From Catajapyx aquilonaris (Eukaryota): DNA of 20,000 bases. The notes beneath the pieces were generated by a model, which made no database searches, had not been told where the DNA came from, and saw nothing but the letters and a program-made list of their open reading frames with translations. The position numbers were made by a program, and so were the translations under genes. Where the stretch lies: NCBI GenBank assembly GCA_000934665.2, contig KZ538358.1:58888-78887 (forward strand). The letters run 5' to 3'. Position 1 is the stretch's first letter, and every line of letters starts with the position of its first letter. Positions 12,745 through 20,000 of the stretch are shown piece after piece.

Positions 12745-13884
12745 TCACAGAAAGTAAATTTTGAAGCATATCTTCCAGTCCAAATCTTACCCACCTATAG
12801 CCACTTGCTGTGCAGAAAATATCTATTTTACAAATTAAAAGAAACTGATATCACTTTGCTGTTGTTTGCATCTTTTCTGTCACTCATGTCTGAAGTAATA
12901 CTTATTTAATTACTATATTATTATAGAGGTGTGTCGCATATACTATGTGTCATTAAGGTATGTGATTATATTCAAGCTCCTCTCATAACACACCTATACC
13001 GTAAGGTGGGAGTGAAGTGAATCTTGAGTTAGAAAAATTCTGAGCTTTGGTTTAAAAAAATGACCCCCTAAAAATTCTGCAACGGTACAAAAGTTGTGGC
13101 AATGTGCAAGTGGCACATTAAAATACCTGAGTTTTGAATATACAGATGTAATTCCTATTTAAAATAGCCCAAAAACCAGTGCAGTACTTATGGACTCTAG
13201 TGGTGCGTGGTACTGCATCCAGCATGACTTTGAAAAAAAAATATCATTTTTACATCCCATGTATTCGTGAATTGAATTGCATCACCAATTAAATTTTTTT
13301 TCTTTTTCATCATAGCAATTTAAAGCACCTGGTGAGGTGTCCTTTTCTCATGGATTTGCATATGTTACATTATTCTGCACATTTTATTTTGAATCCCTCG
13401 ATTGTTCAAGTGGTTTAACAAAAATGTCAAAATTTCCTATTAAGCCCAATGCTTCAGTGACAACTTCTGCATCACTTGGTGCACTACTTGGCCCAGTGCT
13501 ATTGGAAAAAGCACATTTCATAGTGCAAATCGTGCTACTTTTATAAAAACTCTAGACTGTAAAATTTTGCTTCATATCCATCTTAATGCTCTACATAGCC
13601 TACTACTCCAACCCAAACACAATATTTTAGTGATAAAGTCCCCCACAAAGGCCTGGAGCAGTTATGTAACGTAATGGATAATTTCCAAGGTACAGCTGTC
13701 AAATACATGACACTATAACCTTGCACCCAAAATGTGTCTCTTCACCTGAAATTATTGTTTTAGTTAAGTGTTGGGTCAGCCCTGTTTTACAAGCTAGAAT
13801 GCAGTGTACACCTATTTCTGTAACCTTTATATAATGATACTTTTCATTACTACCTTCTTCCACCTACATGCAACAATTACTGGT

Positions 13885-14020
13885 ATATGGACCAAGGCAG
13901 TCCAGTCTAATCGATAAGCATTAGCCTACAATTCAGGAGGTCCAAGGATCAAATTCCTGGGCCAACCACATGATTCAAATTTCCGCAGGTTCCCCTAGTA
14001 CTGCCAGGTTAATTCCAAAT
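13885..14020 (+). mobile_element. Degenerate tRNA-derived SINE head
   Basis: gtctaatcgataagc...aattcaggaggtccaaggatcaaattcctgggcc resembles eroded A/B boxes with tRNA-like spacing, similar to the 10745-10810 head. Confidence 0.45.
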
Positions 14021-14897
14021 ATGTAGTTTCCTATCCCTGCCGTTACTCACAGAACTGAGGGAAATAAAATGAGACTAGGCACCAACTTGCCAAAATTTGG
14101 TACACAAATTTGGCAAAATTGCGAAAGTGGAGAGAGAGACGCGGACCAGGCAACGACATCTGACGGTGAGATGCCGAATTAAGACGGTGCGGAGGTACTG
14201 CCCGCGGTCAGAACGGTGTTTATGGGAACTCCATGGTGGTAAGTTTTTTTAGGCGGTCGGCGGTTTTTTGCGTTTCATAAATTCCCTGGACAGTATTTCC
14301 AAAAAACAAAAGTTTAGTGCAAATATAGGACACGTGGGCAGAATTTTGACATCACTTCCAATGCTGTAGGTCGTACACAGCGGGAGGAATAGCCATCACC
14401 GTAGGGTATTAATAATATAGATGACAAAATGTAAAAGCTATTAGGGTTCATCCAATTTTCACCACATGTTCACATTTCAGATTGCACTGCACTGTAGCTC
14501 TGTACTTGTATCATTCAGAAATGATATCTTTCACTTGGTCTCAACTAAAAAATTATGCACACATCTGACTGAGAACTTCAAATATGCTTTTGGCTCCTGA
14601 CTTACTTACTATGAAAGTATCCTATAAATGGAAATTACCACTTCACAACCTTCCCTTGTCAGTTCTTGAAGCAGAAGCACTAAGTGCTTGCAGTCACAGA
14701 AAAGGCAAACAACAATGCAAAGTAATTTTCTGCACTACCAATTATGACAACCCTCTCAAAATTGACAACCAGGCCTATAATTCTGAACGACACATTGTAC
14801 TCTATCTATAACGCAAAAGTGGACACAATTTTTTAAAAAAGAGAAAAAGAAAACAGGGTAAAACACTAGCAGTGGGTAAGGTGGTGTTGGAAAATTA

Positions 14898-15068
<171 letters not shown>

Positions 15069-15669
15069 TCACCAAAAAGAGAGTAAATATTATGTGCATG
15101 GTATAAAAGCCAATCACACCTTGTTACTGCCTTTATGACATTCTTTATTTAGTCATCTCCAACCACATCACCCTCTAAAAATATCCACTACTTAAGTTAG
15201 CCTTCATTTACTGGCAGCATAAAACTGTTGATCCAAAACTCTTAATTGTACATTTTCTTACTACATGCCATTGAATGCATCATTTCCAGGGGTAGTCAGC
15301 TATGATCTCCATAAAACACTATTGCACATATGCAAATATGACCTGTGTGACTACCAAGTCACAAAATTCAGCCCTGTACTGAATTCTACAAATGCTCAGG
15401 TTCTACATCTACTTGGTAATCGTCTCATAGTTTGTACAGTGCCCCTGATTCATTTGGTGCTGGTCAAAAAACTTTGGCACTCCTTGGCTAAAAACACTTA
15501 AACTTTTTAAGAATATAATATTTTTCTCTATTAAACATGAAACACGGTCCCAATGAAATATTCCGGCTCGAAAGCCACTCTTCATTCAAAAGCAATTGAG
15601 TAGCTTTTGCATTTCCCGGATCTTATTCCAAGCTGGCCTGTATTCAGTTAATGGTGCACGGGTGATGAT

Positions 15670-16110
15670 AAGTGCCGGATTTACCCCCTCGACTGCCCGT
15701 AGGCAGTTGAGATCTGTGCCCTCCCCCCCATATGGCGTAACAATTCAATTTTTTCCTTGAGAGTTCCCTCCTTCATTTCATTTCACTTTATTTAAAAAGT
15801 TACATTTCAAGTCATGGCCGGCTGTAGGCTTTTCTGTCGACTGACAAATCCGGCGCTGGGAATCCCCCGCGAAAATGGTGAATTAAAAAAATTATTTCAC
15901 TTGTAGCCTATTTGAAAAATATTTATTGCAATTCATGGCCAACCCTGGACAATTGCATACTCTGCCTAATGGTAAATCTGGCGCTGCTTCCAGTCGCGTA
16001 ATTATTTATTAATTCTTCAGTTTACTTTTTTGTATGCCTGAATTTGCCCCCCCTTGAAATCTACTGCCCTAGGCAACTGCCTAGGTAGCCTTGCCGTAAA
16101 TCTGGCGCTA
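15670..16110. mobile_element. Non-autonomous hAT-like MITE (441 bp)
   Basis: TIRs aagtgccggatttac / gtaaatctggcgcta. Perfect 8-bp TSD gtgatgat at 15662-15669 and 16111-16118. Confidence 0.88.
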
Positions 16111-16411
16111 GTGATGATCATCATTTGAGGAATTTATGAAATCTCAGTACAGCAACTTTAGTACTGAGCAACTTTCCAAAAAATAAGTTTCTTCTCCTGT
16201 TGGCCATTCTCAAAATACATGTCCAAGTATGACAACTGCAACATTATGCAATGTGACTGTTGTTATCCAAGTAAGATTCCCTGTGACTTTTCAGGCCAAC
16301 CCTGATCACCAATTTCATTGGGCATGTGTTCTAGCATGTTTACTTTATGTTCCATATAAACATCTGTTACTCCTGGATTAACAATAACAGTAAGATATAC
16401 ACTTATCTCTA

Positions 16412-16630
<219 letters not shown>

Positions 16631-17506
16631 TCAAGTTACTATTAGTACCACTTGCATGATGTCACCAGAAATTTCCTTTCGCATCCTATTTGTTGTAGGA
16701 CATTAACATGTCATTGAAATTTGTGAAATATGACAGATTTTGTTTTAATGATTTGAAATCAACTTGTTATCACACTCCTCCTAGTGTGTAAAGTTATTTG
16801 CTGCTATTTCATAGGAAATATATCACAGTACTGCTTGTTGTGATGAACACTATAGGAAAAAACTGCCTGATACCCCCACAAGCAGTGCCAATGCAGATGC
16901 AGGTGGAAGCATGTGAGAAAACAACTTGATTCCTAGAAGCTTCCACTTGCGTTCTCTTGCCTGCCCCCTTGTCGCAGCTTGATAGTGTCCAAGAGTTTTT
17001 CCCTCCGCTATACTTAGTAGCCCTGAGCAACTTAAAAACTAAAACTTACGTCTAAAATAAGTCCAAACTAGAGATAGCTCATCAAATAATTCTATATGCA
17101 AGATTACTTCAGGTCGACTTCAAAACTTCACCATTCTGAGACATTTCATTTCTTTCCAAATGTATCCAAAAAAGTGTTGCAATAATTCTAGAGCATGATT
17201 TCTATCTCAAAATTCTGGCTATCTTATTTATTTATCGTTATTTCATTGCCTTGCACTCAACACAGTGATTTCATTCATACCTGCAAATTTGCCTATTGGC
17301 ACCTGAAATGTTTCTATGTTATGACAGTGACTAGGAAACTAGCTTCAAATACAAACTGTTACCAGTGCTTTCAGCCACCTGTCTGGATCAAGGTTAGTCC
17401 ACCCAAGTCCTGGGACTAGTGAAAGCTAATGTTTCTAAATAGTGTCTATCAAATTCGGGGATAACAAGTGATAATGTCTGCCTATAACAATAAAATTGTC
17501 ATATCA

Positions 17507-17908
<402 letters not shown>

Positions 17909-18354
17909 TTATTTGATCTTGTGGATAACGAACAATAATTAAAATGTGAAAATTTGTTGATGATGCTGGACATGACATTTGCACAAGGTATCACTGAACC
18001 AAGAAGTAGGCAGCAGACTCAAGTTATGGACATAAAACAGCTTGTAATGAAAAACACGACTTGTTCGTTTTTTTTTGTGTATACATCATGTTCTAGAAAT
18101 TCGGTGGGACAAAAAGAGAACAGGATGGCCGCATAGGCATTGAATGAGTTAGCACCAAAAGCGGATGAGTTAGTACCACTAGGAAACAACTGGTCCAACA
18201 AATTTGGCGTCCAAAAAGCATACAGCTTGCTAGTTTTCATACACCCAGGGCCATGCCATTATGATGGTATAACATAGGGAATAATAGTTTTGCACCTTAT
18301 TTTCTATACATAGTAGTAATCCAGGTAGTGTTTTAACCACTCATTGTGAAATAT

Positions 18355-18640
18355 GTAGCACAGACCTTTATTATGCCAGAGTATACATTAGAACCTTTTT
18401 GCGAAGTGCCCAGGTCAGTGGGCAGGGTGACTGGAAGGGGAGGTGCAAGATACAAGCACAATTTTTGACATACAATATCGAGTTCCCCTGGGTGGATTAG
18501 TCTAGCGGAAATTCCACCTGAGGCAGAGACTGAGAAGACCCAACTCTGCACAAGATGAAAGGGGAGATTGTCCAGGTTGGGATCAAACCTGGGACCCTTC
18601 CATTCATGGGTACATGCATTAACACAGCGCCACTCTGCCT
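18355..18640 (-). mobile_element. tRNA-derived SINE (family B)
   Basis: The - strand reads ggcagagtggcgctgtgttaatgc...gggtcccaggtttgatccc (A/B boxes). The body is homologous to 1405-1690. Confidence 0.72.
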
Positions 18641-19350
18641 CCTCTCCTTATCATTTTGATTTGTCACATAAGTTTTCCCATTGATTCAGTACTTTCCAGA
18701 GGGTCATTCCATTTATCACACAAAAAGAATGAGAATTGAACAATTTTTCTGCATAATTATCACATTTCAAAATTCCAACAGGTTAATGTTAAAACTAGAG
18801 ATGAATGTTCATGTCCCAACAGTGGGCCCAACTGCAGTGCAGAAAATGAAACAGCGATCTGACATCATCAATGTTTTCATGGAAATATCATCACAGAACA
18901 ATATGAGTAAACAGAAGAAACAAAAAACAACAATGTAAGAAACGATGACGTCAGATCGTCGTTTGGTTTTCCGCACTTTACACTGTTACCACATAAGAAT
19001 TTCACAATAAAGTAGTGTACCATAATAGCTATAATAAACATTTAAAATATCAGTCAGAGATAATTTCCCGGCATTTAGGAATTCACAAGCCCCCCCCCNC
19101 CCCCCCAAAGGTTCCCTTGATCTGTTCATAGGTGTTCCCTTTTATGACTGCCTGCAACATCTAGAAATGGTGAAGTTTTTGCTGGTGTTTTATGTAAGCA
19201 GCTAAGTGACTCTGATGTGTTCTGGCAATAATTTTTCCTTCTTATATATTTCACACAAAATGTTCAAATTAATTGGTTGGTGATAGTGAAGACCTCTGGG
19301 GAACAACAATCGAAAGGTCCACTTTTTGTTAAAAATGAGTGACACATCTC

Positions 19351-19842
19351 ACAACCAAAGTAACTCATCTTACCCTCCTGAATTTTGAAATTTTTTGGAT
19401 TTTCTAATTCTGCTTGGCCTATAGTGTTGAGAAAACATCACCTCCGCTGCTAATTTCCATGTTAGCAGTATGAAAATACAGCCAAAAGGTGATATTCCGA
19501 AGCCACAACACCTGCACCCAGTCGCGAGTCGCTGGTCCCGGCTGTGGTCACCTTCCAAGGCTCTCCATTATTATAATCGCCTTCGACTTCAAAGCGTGCG
19601 AGATGACCCTTCTCCTTCACGGCACCGGAGAGAGCTACAGACGCGGTGAAAGGCGACAGCGACAGGGCAGCCAGGATGCAGGTGTTGTGGCTTCGGAACA
19701 TTGCATTTTGGCTGTATTTTCACCCTGCTAACGTGGAAATTAGCAGCGGAGGTGATGTTTTCTCAGCAGTATAGGCCAAGCAGAATTAGAAAATCCAAAA
19801 ATGTTCAAAATTCAGGAGGGTAAGAAGAGTTACTTTGGTTGT
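19351..19842. repeat. Long inverted repeat / fold-back element (166-bp arms, 160-bp GC-rich spacer)
   Basis: 19351-19516 is the reverse complement of 19677-19842, with 12 mismatches by manual count and no indels. Confidence 0.95.
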
Positions 19843-20000
19843 CAGAAGATACTTTCACTAGTGTAGAATATGATGGTTTGGTCGTGGTTGTGGAGTAAGG
19901 ATCATAGGTCACTATATGGAAGGCCCCAAAAGTGGGATTGATAATAGAACCTTAGGGGTCGTGCAAATACCATGTGACCATTTGGGGGGGGGGGGGGGGG

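Noticed and set aside
19952..20000. ttaggggtcgtgcaaata... plus poly-G, a possible MITE terminus or G-quadruplex
   Set aside because: Truncated by the window end with no partner TIR, and poly-G runs here coincide with assembly uncertainty.

Overview
Animal (probably arthropod) genomic DNA with two convergent intron-containing genes. On the + strand, a 4-coding-exon gene (835-2742) encodes a 149-aa secreted protein with two canonical Kunitz/BPTI domains. On the - strand, a DYRK1A/minibrain kinase gene has five coding exons (17809 to 8990, about 749 aa from the first visible ATG), a probable upstream exon not identified here, and probably a long 3' UTR. The non-coding DNA is dense in small non-autonomous elements: two hAT-like MITEs with 8-bp TSDs, a PIF/Harbinger-like MITE with a TTA TSD, a piggyBac-like MITE with a TTAA TSD, and at least two tRNA-derived SINE families. 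It also holds several fold-back structures: a 492-bp inverted repeat with 166-bp arms, a 107-bp loopless palindrome, and an inverted SINE pair. There is a 195-N assembly gap. I found no clearly new multi-gene system. The most notable items are the large hairpin, the very basic Kunitz domain with its split-domain exon structure, and the DYRK C-terminal motifs.
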